From Candidatus Velthaea sp. (GTDB taxonomy: Bacteria > Vulcanimicrobiota > Vulcanimicrobiia > Vulcanimicrobiales > Vulcanimicrobiaceae): DNA of 64,000 nucleotides. The notes under the pieces were generated by a model. That model saw only the letters and a list, made by a program, of their open reading frames with translations. It ran no database searches and was not told the origin of the DNA. The DNA is taken from the NCBI GenBank assembly GCA_965214935.1, contig CBDCCS010000018.1:1-64000 (forward strand), written 5' to 3'. The position numbers and the translations under genes were made by a program. Below are positions 40,428 through 51,001 of the stretch, piece after piece. Every line of letters starts with the position of its first letter. Within the stretch, counting starts at the first letter, position 1.

Positions 40428-42032
40428 ATGTTCCAACAACTGCTTACGCCCGTTGGAGGCGCGTTGCTGCCGTCGTTTCTCGTTGCAACGCTGCCGATCG
40501 TCGCGGTGCTCGTCGGGCTCGGCGTATTGCGCCGGCCCGCCTGGCAGGCGTCGTTAGCCGGGTTAATCGTCGGGCTTATCATTGCAATCGGCGTCTGGCA
40601 GTTTCCGCTCGGCCTCGCATTCGCAAGCGTCGCTAACGGCGCGACGTTTGCCGTTTGGCCGATCATGTGGATCGTCTTCAACGCCTTACTGCTCTACAAC
40701 ATTGCCGTGAAATCCGGCCGGTTCGATGCTTTTCGCGACTGGCTACTCAATTATTTACCGAATGACCGGCGCGTCATACTCATCGTCGTCGGTTTCTGTT
40801 TCGGTGCGTTGCTCGAAGGGATCGCCGGCTTCGGGACGCCGGTGGCGATCACGAGTTCATTGTTGATCATGGTCGGCTTTCCGGCCCTCGACGCGCTAAT
40901 CTTCACGCTTATCTTCGATACGGCCCCCGTTGCCTTCGGTGCGCTCGGCGTGCCGATCACGGTGCTCGGAGCGGTGACGCACTTATCGCCGACGGTCTTA
41001 GGCGCGATGGTCGGGCGGCAGCTCCCGTTTTTCGCCTTCTTATTGCCGTTTTATGTCATTACCGTTTACGGCGGATTGCGATCCGTGCGGGCGCTTTGGC
41101 CGGTTCTCCTCGTGGCCGGCGGCAGCTTCGCGATCGTGCAGTTCGTGTGCTCGAACTATGTCAACTATTCGCTCACGGACGTGCTATCGTCGATGGGCGC
41201 CCTCATCGTCACGCTGCTCTTCCTGCAGCGCTGGAAACCGGCGCCCGACCCGAAGTTCAGCGTTCGCGATGCAGGTCTGCTGCGCACGGACAGTGCGCGT
41301 CACTCGCTGTGGGAAGCGTGGTCGCCTTGGATCATCGTATCGGCGACGGTTATCATCTGGACGACGTTCGGCATCTTCAAAGCGGGTGACACGAAAATCC
41401 CGTGGCCCGGTTTACATAACGCGGTTTCAATCACGCTGTACAAGAATGTGCCGTATGCGGCGATCTGGGACTTTCAGCCGCTCGCAACCGGTACGGCCAT
41501 TTTGCTGGCTGCAATCGTTACGGCGATGGTCGTACGCTTACCTCGACCCGAATTCTTTCGTAGCGCCGCGTCGACGTGGAAGCAAATTCAAATTGCCGTC
41601 TTGACCGTCATGCTCATTTTAGCGCTGGCCTATCTGATGAACTATTCGGGTTTAAATTACACGCTGGGACTCGGCGTTGCATCGGTCGGCCCGCTCTTCG
41701 TGCTGCTCTCGCCATTTCTTGGCTGGGTTGCGGTGTTGCTGTCGGGCAGCGATACGTCGGGTAATGCGCTGTTCGGTAACCTGCAAGTCGTGGCGGCAAA
41801 TCAGCTCAAGCTCGACCCGGTGCTTTTCGCTGCAACAAACTCATCAGGCGGTGTAATGGGCAAGATGATTTCGCCGCAGAATCTCGCCACCGGTACGTCG
41901 GTTACCGATCTCAAAGGCAAAGAAGGCGTCGTGTTCGCACGCACGTTTCCGCATAGCATCATCTTGACCGTCTTACTCGGTCTGCTCGTCGCGCTGCAGC
42001 AGTACGTCTTCCCGTGGATCATACCTCACTAA
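40428..42032 (+). CDS. L-lactate/glycolate permease (LctP/GlcA family)
   Basis: LEGIAGFGTPVAI, APVAFGALG, GSDTSGNALFG, NSSGGVMGKMISPQ. Confidence 0.92.
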   Translation: MFQQLLTPVGGALLPSFLVATLPIVAVLVGLGVLRRPAWQASLAGLIVGLIIAIGVWQFPLGLAFASVANGATFAVWPIMWIVFNALLLYNIAVKSGRFDAFRDWLLNYLPNDRRVILIVVGFCFGALLEGIAGFGTPVAITSSLLIMVGFPALDALIFTLIFDTAPVAFGALGVPITVLGAVTHLSPTVLGAMVGRQLPFFAFLLPFYVITVYGGLRSVRALWPVLLVAGGSFAIVQFVCSNYVNYSLTDVLSSMGALIVTLLFLQRWKPAPDPKFSVRDAGLLRTDSARHSLWEAWSPWIIVSATVIIWTTFGIFKAGDTKIPWPGLHNAVSITLYKNVPYAAIWDFQPLATGTAILLAAIVTAMVVRLPRPEFFRSAASTWKQIQIAVLTVMLILALAYLMNYSGLNYTLGLGVASVGPLFVLLSPFLGWVAVLLSGSDTSGNALFGNLQVVAANQLKLDPVLFAATNSSGGVMGKMISPQNLATGTSVTDLKGKEGVVFARTFPHSIILTVLLGLLVALQQYVFPWIIPH

Positions 42033-42074
42033 TTGAGACGATCGTTGCTTCGTGCGCGGCGCCGCCGATCTTGG

Positions 42075-43190
42075 CTAAAGCATCGGGGCAAGTGCACGAG
42101 CGGCTTCGTCGTTCCCTTCGTAGATCGCCCATTCAAGCGCCGTCGCGTCCCACAGCGTGTCGCTGATATCGGCGCGCGCTCCGCGGGCCAGCAGAAAGGA
42201 AATAAGTCCGGGTACATTGCCGATTGCGGCTTGATGCAATGCGGTGCTATGCGCGTGCACCGGCAGATAAGCGTTGATGTCGGCGCCCGCATCGAGTGCG
42301 ACCTGCGCCGTGCCGGCGTGCCCATTGATGATCGCAAGACCGAAAGCCGTTTGCACGTCCTCGCGATCCGAGCCGCTCAAGAGCCGACGTAACGAGTCGC
42401 CGTCGCCCAACGCCGCTGCAATTAGTGCGCTCAACGGTTGCCCGTGCGCGAGCAGCACGCGCAGTGCATCGCATTCCGCGTGACCGGCGGTCGCGATGAT
42501 TGTTGCGCGATCCGGAACAGCGCCGGCGCTTAGCAGCAGCTGCATGAGCGAAGCTTGGTGCCCTTGTTCGCGCGCCGCTGAACCGGTCATGGTCAGCATG
42601 AGCGTATACTGCAAATCGTCGCGTTCGACGCCGCGCTCGATCATAAGGCTCGCGATCTCACGGATGTTCGGGGCCATGCGCTCGACGAGCTTCGGATTGT
42701 TGGCCACAAACCAAAACAACTTCGGGTCGCGAAAATAGTCGTGGCTTTGTGCTTGACGATAGACACCGGGTCCATAATTCCGTTCGTGTAACAACTGCGG
42801 CTGCTCGTCGATCAGTCGCGCCAACGTCGATGCAGCGCCGGAGTGAATCGCATCCACGGCCGAGCGGAACGATGCTTTGTGAATGAGGGTGCGGTCGAGC
42901 AGCGCGACGATCGCCGAGCGCTCCGGCCCGCCGCCGCTCTTCGCCGCCTCGAGTGCCGTACGTCCGGCGCGATCCGGCTGCGATGGGCGCGCGCCGCCGG
43001 CAATCAGCAATTCGACGAGCGCGAGCGGTCCGTGTCGTGCAGCGACATGCAGCGGCAGCGCACGCTCATCGCCGACCCGCGGGTTAGCGCCATCGACAAG
43101 TAGCCGGCGGACGCTCTCGATATCGCCGGAGCGTACGGCGGCCATGAGTTGCGAGGCTGCAGCATCGTTCCGACGCACCGGTTCACTCAT
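42075..43190 (-). CDS. Ankyrin-repeat protein
   Basis: Repeated ankyrin motifs: PLHVAARHG, TALHQAA, TALEWA, LLxxGAD. Confidence 0.8.
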   Translation of the reverse strand: MSEPVRRNDAAASQLMAAVRSGDIESVRRLLVDGANPRVGDERALPLHVAARHGPLALVELLIAGGARPSQPDRAGRTALEAAKSGGGPERSAIVALLDRTLIHKASFRSAVDAIHSGAASTLARLIDEQPQLLHERNYGPGVYRQAQSHDYFRDPKLFWFVANNPKLVERMAPNIREIASLMIERGVERDDLQYTLMLTMTGSAAREQGHQASLMQLLLSAGAVPDRATIIATAGHAECDALRVLLAHGQPLSALIAAALGDGDSLRRLLSGSDREDVQTAFGLAIINGHAGTAQVALDAGADINAYLPVHAHSTALHQAAIGNVPGLISFLLARGARADISDTLWDATALEWAIYEGNDEAARALAPML

Positions 43191-44945
43191 CGTTTCTTTG
43201 CATCGTCTGTCTTTGTCGAAGCGGTAAAATGAACCCGACCGGGGCCGTCGACCGAACGGTAAGGTGTGCCCCGCGTTTTATTGTATTCGGATTCGTGTGG
43301 CCCAGCGAACCGCTAAAAACAAATTTGATTTGGTGACGAGGCGATCGTAGCCGCTTGTAGCGCCGCCTCCGCCGCTGACGGGCGTATAGGTCCACGTGCT
43401 GCCTGAATCCTTCGAGTAAACCACGCTTGCACTGAGCCCGCTTGTGCCCAGACTCGTGGTTGCCGAGCCGACTTGAAATCGGTGCTGTTCGGAATGGGAT
43501 CGGCAATGGCGAGATTGATGGCGGCAGCCGTGCCGCCGTTCGTGAACGTATGGGTGTACGTCAAAACCGTGCCCGGCGGCTGAACGCCGGCGGGTGAAGC
43601 CGCGAGCGCCACGCTGACCGTCGGCGTAAATCCGCCAAAGGTGAAGTACTGCATCGATGCCGATGAAAACGTCGGAACCGATCCAGATCGCCGGTGCCGC
43701 AACGCTCGAGAAAGCCGATTTCGGTACTTGCACGCTTACATGCGTCGAACCGCTGCCCGTAAGTTGCGTGCGCCAGATACGCGACATGCGGTACGTTCCC
43801 GAGACGGTCGACATTGTCGTCGAGCCGGCGTTGTCACCCCACGTGATGAAGCTGGCATTGCTGGAGAAGGCGCTGTTCGCGGTCTGCGAAGCCGTGCTGA
43901 TCGACGTGCCGTTTGCGATCGTCACGTCGAGGGAGTTGCCGTACGCGCTGGAATTGATCGAATGCGATACGCGCTGATCGAGCCCGGATGCTGAGTCCTG
44001 ACCGATGCCGGCTACGTCATAGGCGTAAGTTGCATTACTCGCCCCTGACCACACCGTCGTTCCCGCGCTCGAAAGATAGTTCGTCCCGCTGGCTACGTGT
44101 GTCTGCGCGTTGAAACCCAGCGTGATCCCGTATTTGATCGACGATACGAGCGGATCTGACTGATCTGTGTTGTCGTGAGGGCAGTCGCAAGACTGTTGTA
44201 ATTAACGACTTCATCGATCTGCCCGTTCCAAATGCGATACTGGCAGCACCCGCCGCCGGCCGACGTTCGGCCGCCAATCTCGAATTGGCTTGCGCCGTAG
44301 GTTGAGTTGCTGAGGGAACTTGCCGCCGTCAACGCGTTTTCAGAAGTCGACGAGTTCATCTTGTTACCGGCCGTTGAATAAAAAACGTCACTTACGATCG
44401 GTGTTGCCGTCGGAGTGGTGAACGGTCCCGACGCAGTCGCATAATCAGTGTCAAGGTCATAACTCGCCCCGCGGTAGGCGATGCCCTGCGCCGCGCAACA
44501 GTTGCCGATCCATCCCGATAGGACGGCAGCGAAAACGCTGTTGCTCGGATTGAACAACGCCGTGTAGGAAACACCGAAGATGTAGCTGTTCGCTCCGGTG
44601 AACATCGAACTCGACGTTGCGCCGCGCAAGTCGTCGCTCGAGCCGTTAAAGCTGACGCCGGGATTAAATTGATCGCTGCTCAAGGCGCTTGGGCTGGTAT
44701 AGCCCGAAGGGGCGACCGGCTGGGTCGACATCGCGCCCGAGCCGCTTTGATCGGTCCAGGTCGTCCTGTTATAGCCGGAGGCGGTGAACCACAGCGTTGC
44801 TCCAGTTACGCCGCCGGGCGACGCAGCTTCGGCAGGCACGAGTGCAAGCACGAAGAGCAACAGCGAGCGAGCGCGCCGACAAAGGCCGATGCAGGTAACG
44901 CGCCGCGTTCGCCGTCGCTTTGCAGGCTAGCCGCCGAGCAGTCAT
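43183..44945 (-). pseudogene. Fragmented secreted protein (LamG-like beta domain plus DUF11 repeat)
   Basis: Fragments in several frames join into SPGGVTGATLWF...SY/IKYGITL...YDVAGIGQDSASGLDQR...PGTVLTYTHTFTNGG...YDRLVT; at least 4 frame breaks; both ends approximate. Confidence 0.65.
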
Positions 44946-45418
44946 CTCCGGACACACCTTGGTAATCGGCAGACCGACGAGCAACGAAACAGCCGAGTAT
45001 TATCGTTGCGGCCGGCGTTCAGATCGCAATCGAAAGACGGCGGCTCGAGAGCCGCCGTCTTTGACGAATTGGCGAATTGGCGCTATATCCCATCGGAGAT
45101 TGTATCCTAAGAGAGATTTTGTATCCCAACAGGTTTGGTTGCCCGCTTAAGAATCAAGGAGAATTCCGGACCGGGATAGGCCCCTTTGCAAGGCATATCC
45201 TCTTGGCTAACGATCCGACGGGCAAGCCTGTTGGGCCTCCACTGACGCTCGGAACAAAGATGCAAGTCGCAATCGACGAAATCAATCGCAGCGTCTACAC
45301 CTCGGGTACCAGCGCAGATCTCTCTTAAGGACGTTACCTAGACCGCCAATACGTGAGCGTTATTATAAGTGCGTTTTAGCGTTTAATGTGGACTTCTCGC
45401 CGAATCTTAAGCTTTTCC

Positions 45419-45467
45419 GCGAATAAGCGCTACAAAGGCTGGCCCGAAGCGAATAAGCGCTACAAAG
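45419..45467. repeat. 19-bp perfect direct repeat x2 (30-bp period)
   Basis: GCGAATAAGCGCTACAAAG at 45419-45437 and 45449-45467, flanked by AATCTTAAG at 45403 and 45470. Confidence 0.85.
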
Positions 45468-46051
45468 TCAATCTTAAGGTTTTTCTGTCTACCTTGCGAG
45501 GAACGCTGGTTGCGAGCTCACGGCAGATTTCACAATTCCTCATATTCTTAAGCCGGCCAGGTTTATTTTCGTTTGTTAGAATCTCTCCAAGACACGCACG
45601 GAGTACGGGCGTTCTGAGGACCGGTAACACGGCCACCAGAACATCGAGGTGCAAGTGGCTTAAACCCGCAGGCAGCGATGTGCGGAAAGGTCGGCCATCG
45701 CCCAACGTCCCGGTCATCGCATATTCATACTGCCGGCGGGGATCATCAAAAAATCGTCAGACCCGTCACGGCCGTGAGCAGATATAGAGCTTTTGACCCC
45801 AGGGCATCGTCGGCCTCGAACGCTTTCGACCCGGCAACACCAAGGGCTTGAGATACCAAGAACGTCCCGTGCTCGAGCGAGACGCCTTCAAGTAACCAGT
45901 CGATACCGAGGGCTTCCGCCTTGGAGGCGTCGATAGTGAAGTCTTCTGGAAGGCCAACGACGACTACAGAAGACTCAGTTTCAGACAAGCAGCAACTCCG
46001 AAAGCACGCATTTCTGTTCGAGGCCGACCGTGACAGAGCATTCCCTTTCAA
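45460..46051 (-). pseudogene. Possible hypothetical gene split by a frameshift
   Basis: Removing one base from the A6 run (45748-53) joins ORF 45746-46051 to ORF 45460-45717 (...GLTIFDDPRRQYEYAMTG...). Confidence 0.35.
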
Positions 46052-46105
46052 CTACGCTTTCGCACCACGCCACAGGAAACCATGACAAGTTTGGCCTAGC
46101 TTTCA

Positions 46106-47539
46106 ATGATGCTGAACGACAACTTTTTGAATCATATTCACGAAGCTGATGCTGCTATTCGGTCGCGTCTAACAGACTACATGTCAACTGAATCAGGTGT
46201 TGACAGGGTTGCGCGGCTGCCCGCACTAGACTCGTTCACGATAAATGAGCAGGCACATAAGCACATTGTCGCCACAGGCGATGTGTTTGAAGGCGAGATA
46301 TCCATTACTTGGACAAATCTCCAACTGAGTATTAAGTTTATTCAGACGCTCAATGGCGCTACCGAGATTCCGCCACCATATTTTGATGCTGTGCGGATCG
46401 AATCAACTCAAGACGGGTCTGCATGGTGCCTGACGGCGGCGCACCTCGTGACGATTCCTCAAGAGACTGCCGTCTTGGATGCATTTAATAACACAATCGT
46501 AACAACGACTGAAACCTATAACGTGCGAAGCCTGCATTTAGAACAATCAAAAGACATATCCAGGTTTCACCGGATCACATTCCAAGGTGGTGTGCTCGAC
46601 GGATATCCCCATGAAGCACTTAGTTCAGACGGAACTCTCGCATTCAATCAAGTTAACACATCGATCTTTGGTCGCTTGGCACGAGTTAGGTATGTAAGCG
46701 ACGGAACACTGTCAGCTGACAAATTACTCTCCTTGACTTACGACGGCAATGTACTTACCCAGGAAGAACTGCGGAGCGTTTACAACCTCCTGAGTTTTTT
46801 CACAGGCGCGAGGCTTGAAATAAAGACTACCGAACACTTTGACAAAGCGTTCGTTCGGACTAGTGTCGATCTCTTTCAAGGTGTTCCTCACAGCTTGTCT
46901 GGAACGCCACCGCTTGATACAGACAACAGGATCGGCGCAGCTTTTGCCTCGCAGTTTCCGGCTCTTCTCCAGAAAATCCATTCCGAGATGCAGAATGGTT
47001 TTCCGTGGCACGCAGCCTTTCATCACATCCAAGAGTCTTATACAGACTTTCCTGAATCTGCAATTAAGAACTTAGCAGTTGCGCTCGATACAATCATTGA
47101 AGCGCATATGAAGAATGCCGATAAAGATCGGTACGTTAGCAGGAACGAATATAAGGCTCTAATTGCACCATTGATAGACCACGTGGAAAAGGTCGCTGCT
47201 GAACAACTTGAACCGAAGACAACCGCGTACAAAGAGTTAGCCGATCATATTAAAGGCGTCCTCGAACGAGAAAATCACCGTGGTACGAAAGAGAAGCGCG
47301 AAATGTTTTGGAAGGAGTTTAACATCGACACATCTGACTACAAAGATGTTCTTGCGTATCGTGACAAATCTCTTCACACGGGACACGTGCTCGATTATCT
47401 CGCTTCTAACGATTATTTGGAAGTCTCTCGTAATGTTGCTAAATTAAGAACACTTGCGAACCGCGCTATCTTACGGCGTCTTGGATACAGTGGTCCCATG
47501 ATAGACTTCAGTACGGGAATAGTAGTCGAGGTAGAATAA
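46106..47539 (+). CDS. ApeA-like protein with a C-terminal HEPN domain (candidate anti-phage RNase)
   Basis: Beta-rich N-terminus, helical C-terminus with R-x4-H (YRDKSLHTG) and a terminal ILRRLGY. Confidence 0.65.
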   Translation: MMLNDNFLNHIHEADAAIRSRLTDYMSTESGVDRVARLPALDSFTINEQAHKHIVATGDVFEGEISITWTNLQLSIKFIQTLNGATEIPPPYFDAVRIESTQDGSAWCLTAAHLVTIPQETAVLDAFNNTIVTTTETYNVRSLHLEQSKDISRFHRITFQGGVLDGYPHEALSSDGTLAFNQVNTSIFGRLARVRYVSDGTLSADKLLSLTYDGNVLTQEELRSVYNLLSFFTGARLEIKTTEHFDKAFVRTSVDLFQGVPHSLSGTPPLDTDNRIGAAFASQFPALLQKIHSEMQNGFPWHAAFHHIQESYTDFPESAIKNLAVALDTIIEAHMKNADKDRYVSRNEYKALIAPLIDHVEKVAAEQLEPKTTAYKELADHIKGVLERENHRGTKEKREMFWKEFNIDTSDYKDVLAYRDKSLHTGHVLDYLASNDYLEVSRNVAKLRTLANRAILRRLGYSGPMIDFSTGIVVEVE

Positions 47540-47692
47540 CCTCCCCCTCATTAAGCTGAGTCACATTCAAGACTCCGCGCTTGCAGTGTGCCTATCAAGG
47601 AGGAAGCTGATCTCGTGAACGCTAGCGAGACCGTAGTAGGGAAGTAGCCCGGGGGAGGGCATCTGTCGGCCAGAGATTGTAGACTGTCACTC

Positions 47693-47833
47693 ATGGACGA
47701 TTCTGAGAGCAGCAAAAGCTACGATGACTGGGCAAACGCTCCGGCAGGCGAACCTTTAGCGCCCTCGCTAACGCTTGCGACTTTTCGAAACGGGGTGCAG
47801 GACGGAATAGACCAACTCAATCGCGGCGAATAG
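47693..47833 (+). CDS. 46-aa ORF resembling a ParD-type antitoxin C-terminal fragment
   Basis: Manual translation ends LATFRNGVQDGIDQLNRGE; no ribbon-helix-helix N-terminus. Confidence 0.3.
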   Translation: MDDSESSKSYDDWANAPAGEPLAPSLTLATFRNGVQDGIDQLNRGE

Positions 47834-47872
47834 ATCTCTGGTGTCAGAGCAAATCCATCTTAGGGCACAACA

Positions 47873-49042
47873 TTGACGAACGATCTGCGGCCTCACATAA
47901 GCCTCCTCGTCACAGCGGCAGAAGCCACGGCGCTGCCCAACGTGCTGGCACAGTTTGGAGCATGGACCACCTTCATTCCATTTGGACAGCTTCGGTCAGT
48001 GCTTGCTCGAGGCAGTTCGGCACCGCTCGTGGTGGACGCGATTGTTATTGAAGCGGCGGGAGGTCCTGAAGCCGCCGTTACCGCCGTCAAGGTAGCGAAA
48101 CTAATTCGGAGCTTACCCGGCGATTATACAATGCGTAACGGGATGCGTTGGCGAGAAATGCCGCTTATAATTGTGGTGCCAGACCCCAACGTTGCAACAG
48201 CGATGCGTGTCGATAACTCTCTCCGCGGAATTCTTATAGCTGACTTTCAGTACGGTCTTCCGGGAATATATGAATCGATTTGCTCCACGATTCGTATCGA
48301 TCGTGACGCGATCCATGCTGAACTTGACGACGCGGGATGCATTATCCAATACGGTCCCGATGGGCGATTTCGTATGCGAGGGCCAGCAGGAGGCTACCGT
48401 CACGGCGGTTTTCAACAAACCTTCGAGACGATTCGCTACCATGGCCCGTCCGACAGAAGCGCACTCAACGCGTCACCGTGGGTCATCGCTGCTGACGAAA
48501 AAGCTGTCGCCTTTGACATGAATGAGTTCGAACGTCTTATTTGGGGAGCAGCTGAGCGCGAAGAAGACCTTCAACGCTTCTTAGCCGGGAACTCTTACTT
48601 CTTGAACGCCGCACAATTCGAGATGGTACCGAAACCACAGCTGATGCGATGGGATGGCGACAAAATTATTCCCGATATTGTTATATATCCCTATGCTTTC
48701 GACGACAGAGCGAGATCGCCGCATATAGTCGAACTTAAGTGGTTTGGCGGACGCATGGTCGTGGGAGACAAACGCCGTTGGCGATTCAGATCAGAGATTC
48801 TAGGTGCAATCGAGCAAACTCGGGACTACTCAGAGTCGTTTATGGATCCACGCAACGCCGCCGAAACTAAACGCATACTTTCTGGCAGCATCCTTGAACC
48901 GAAGCGTACCGTGATCGGTGGGTTGATCGCACCGAATGAACGTCAGAGAATGGAACGAGCGCAACAGTACATCCCTGACGTTAACGTTTTAGCTTACAAC
49001 GAGGTATTAGAAGCCGCACTGAAACGATTCGGACGTTCATAA
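47873..49042 (+). CDS. Shedu (SduA/DUF4263)-like nuclease with an N-terminal receiver-like domain
   Basis: EEDLQRFL, IPDIV, IVELK, GAIEQTRDY, VIGG and LAYNEVL in the C-terminal half; alpha/beta N-terminus. Confidence 0.75.
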   Translation: MTNDLRPHISLLVTAAEATALPNVLAQFGAWTTFIPFGQLRSVLARGSSAPLVVDAIVIEAAGGPEAAVTAVKVAKLIRSLPGDYTMRNGMRWREMPLIIVVPDPNVATAMRVDNSLRGILIADFQYGLPGIYESICSTIRIDRDAIHAELDDAGCIIQYGPDGRFRMRGPAGGYRHGGFQQTFETIRYHGPSDRSALNASPWVIAADEKAVAFDMNEFERLIWGAAEREEDLQRFLAGNSYFLNAAQFEMVPKPQLMRWDGDKIIPDIVIYPYAFDDRARSPHIVELKWFGGRMVVGDKRRWRFRSEILGAIEQTRDYSESFMDPRNAAETKRILSGSILEPKRTVIGGLIAPNERQRMERAQQYIPDVNVLAYNEVLEAALKRFGRS

Positions 49043-49090
49043 GCAGCGATCTCCTGCCTTTCGGTTTGGACAATTGCCAAAAGGCAGTAT

Positions 49091-49639
49091 CTACTCCTCA
49101 GGCTTGGGAGGCATCGGACCCCAAGACGCCGGGGCATCGTCAACACTATCAGGACTACGCCAATCCCAACCGAGAAGGTTGAAAGCAACTTTTGCATCTT
49201 GTTTCCCGACCCCGTAAAGAGATTCTTGGCCCGCTAGACCCATAGAATGCAGTCTATGAAGAGTATTCCATAAGGCAGTAACACTGACAGCATCATCGTA
49301 GAGCCGATCAGCACTTTTGTTGTATTCTTCGACATCAACTTCTTGGTCGATTATGCGATTACCGTAAAATCGAAGGTTAACGTCCGGGTCGTCGCAGCCA
49401 ACGATATCCTGTTCTGCGATGTCCATCTGATGAGACTCGCTTGCGCGCATAGTCTGTGCAGTATCATAGTCCCCCTCCTTAGAGTATGCTCTCGCCTCGG
49501 TTTCGTAGCTATCCACCAAATCGAGATCATATGCAGCTGATGCGCATGCCGATTGGCTTGCCACAGATGGGAGGGGTTGAAACATTGACGCCGCGGCGAT
49601 AACAGCAGCAAGTAATAGCTTTTTCATAGTAATCGTCAT
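49091..49639 (-). CDS. Exported hypothetical protein
   Basis: MKKLLLAAVIAAAS signal peptide; acidic helical mature part with two Cys. Confidence 0.7.
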   Translation of the reverse strand: MTITMKKLLLAAVIAAASMFQPLPSVASQSACASAAYDLDLVDSYETEARAYSKEGDYDTAQTMRASESHQMDIAEQDIVGCDDPDVNLRFYGNRIIDQEVDVEEYNKSADRLYDDAVSVTALWNTLHRLHSMGLAGQESLYGVGKQDAKVAFNLLGWDWRSPDSVDDAPASWGPMPPKPEE

Positions 49640-49872
49640 TTATTCCATAGGGACAGACTGGATGCATCGACTATCGACGCTTTAAGGCCAGATATTCACG
49701 GTTTTTCTGTGATAAAGGCTACTTTATAGCAGTTTGCTGCGGTTATGATGACGCATTATTGTCTTGACACAATAAGCTGTTGGACTAAAGTCGATCCCGA
49801 AAGGACCGAGATTTGTCAGTAGGTGGTTGGTTTCAGCACAAACTGCATCGGTGCCATTTGGAGATAGCGTTA

Positions 49873-50430
49873 ATGTCAGCAGTATTCGTTCTTCTGTGGA
49901 TCGCTTCAACTATAGCAATGCTCCTTTTTGCATTCAAGCGAAAATGGAAAAAAGCCACAATAAGCGTATTTATCGGTTTTCTCTTTCTTTGCGGAATCGC
50001 CGCGACGACCCCATCAAGCGGATCTGCGCATTCAACATCTGACGAAGCGAAGGTTGCCGACACATCGAGTCGTCCAGATGACGCCAAGAAGGCGCCATTT
50101 GAAGAGCGCCGTGCATCAGCAGAGCGCGCGGAGGACGCCCATCTGATTCACGGAGATCCCGACTGTCTCACGATTGATTATAGAACACTTGGCACGGAAT
50201 CTGCAGACAGCGTTGGGTACATCAAGGGTAAGCTACACAACGGGTGCGATAAGGACTTCTCGTACGTTCAGATTGAAATCAACTTTTTGAGCGGGGATTC
50301 CGTCACTGGCAGCACCATGGTCAACGTCAACAACCTTTCAGCAAACCAAACCTGGAACTGGAAAAACCCGGTGTTTGGCTCCGACGAAGAGGGCAAAACG
50401 TGGAAAGTTACAAAAATCAGCGGGTTTTAG
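49873..50430 (+). CDS. Membrane-anchored FxLYD-like domain protein
   Basis: Two TM helices, S/T linker, YIKGKLHNGCDKDFSYVQIEINFL...NNLSANQTWNW. Confidence 0.7.
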   Translation: MSAVFVLLWIASTIAMLLFAFKRKWKKATISVFIGFLFLCGIAATTPSSGSAHSTSDEAKVADTSSRPDDAKKAPFEERRASAERAEDAHLIHGDPDCLTIDYRTLGTESADSVGYIKGKLHNGCDKDFSYVQIEINFLSGDSVTGSTMVNVNNLSANQTWNWKNPVFGSDEEGKTWKVTKISGF

Positions 50431-51001
50431 CTCTAAGACGACTACATGGAGCCTTATATAGAGAAAGTACGTGTTTGGCCCAATGCTTCATTATATTTAT
50501 TTAGAAGTCGCGATTCAGCGTATACTCTAAGGTAATGTGCGACTTAGGCCGTTGACCTCGTGTTGATTTGTTAGTGCTGCTCTCGTAATGAGTAAAAGTG
50601 GTTTCGGCAAGTAAACGTCACTTGATATTGATAACATTCGAGACATGTAATCTTCTCCCAGCCGGCCTCGCTGACATGACGATCCTAAAGCGAATCGTGC
50701 TCCATGAGGTGGCACCCGACGTTCGTTGCGAGGAAGCCCACGCCGCTTTCTTTTCAGGCAACGACACCAAGCCGTTTTCCTGAGAAGGGTGCTCCTTCTC
50801 ATCCATAAGCACGAGAACCCGGTCCGGTCGAATAGTTTGGTGGCATATGAGCCCACGGGCTCAGCGCTGGGGACCTTGAGCATTTGATCCCTCGACGAGA
50901 AGATGGCATAATGGGGCTCGCTCCGATGTCAAGAGTCTCAGCTCGCATCGCGGTCGGCAGCTCAAATTGTCCTACCAAAGCCTTTCCAGGAGGGTCCAGC
51001 C

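Noticed and set aside
45419..45467. CRISPR mini-array
   Set aside because: Only two 19-bp units with an 11-bp spacer, and no cas genes.
50431..51000. Short ORFs upstream of the 4-gene operon
   Set aside because: No consistent frame, RBS or motif.
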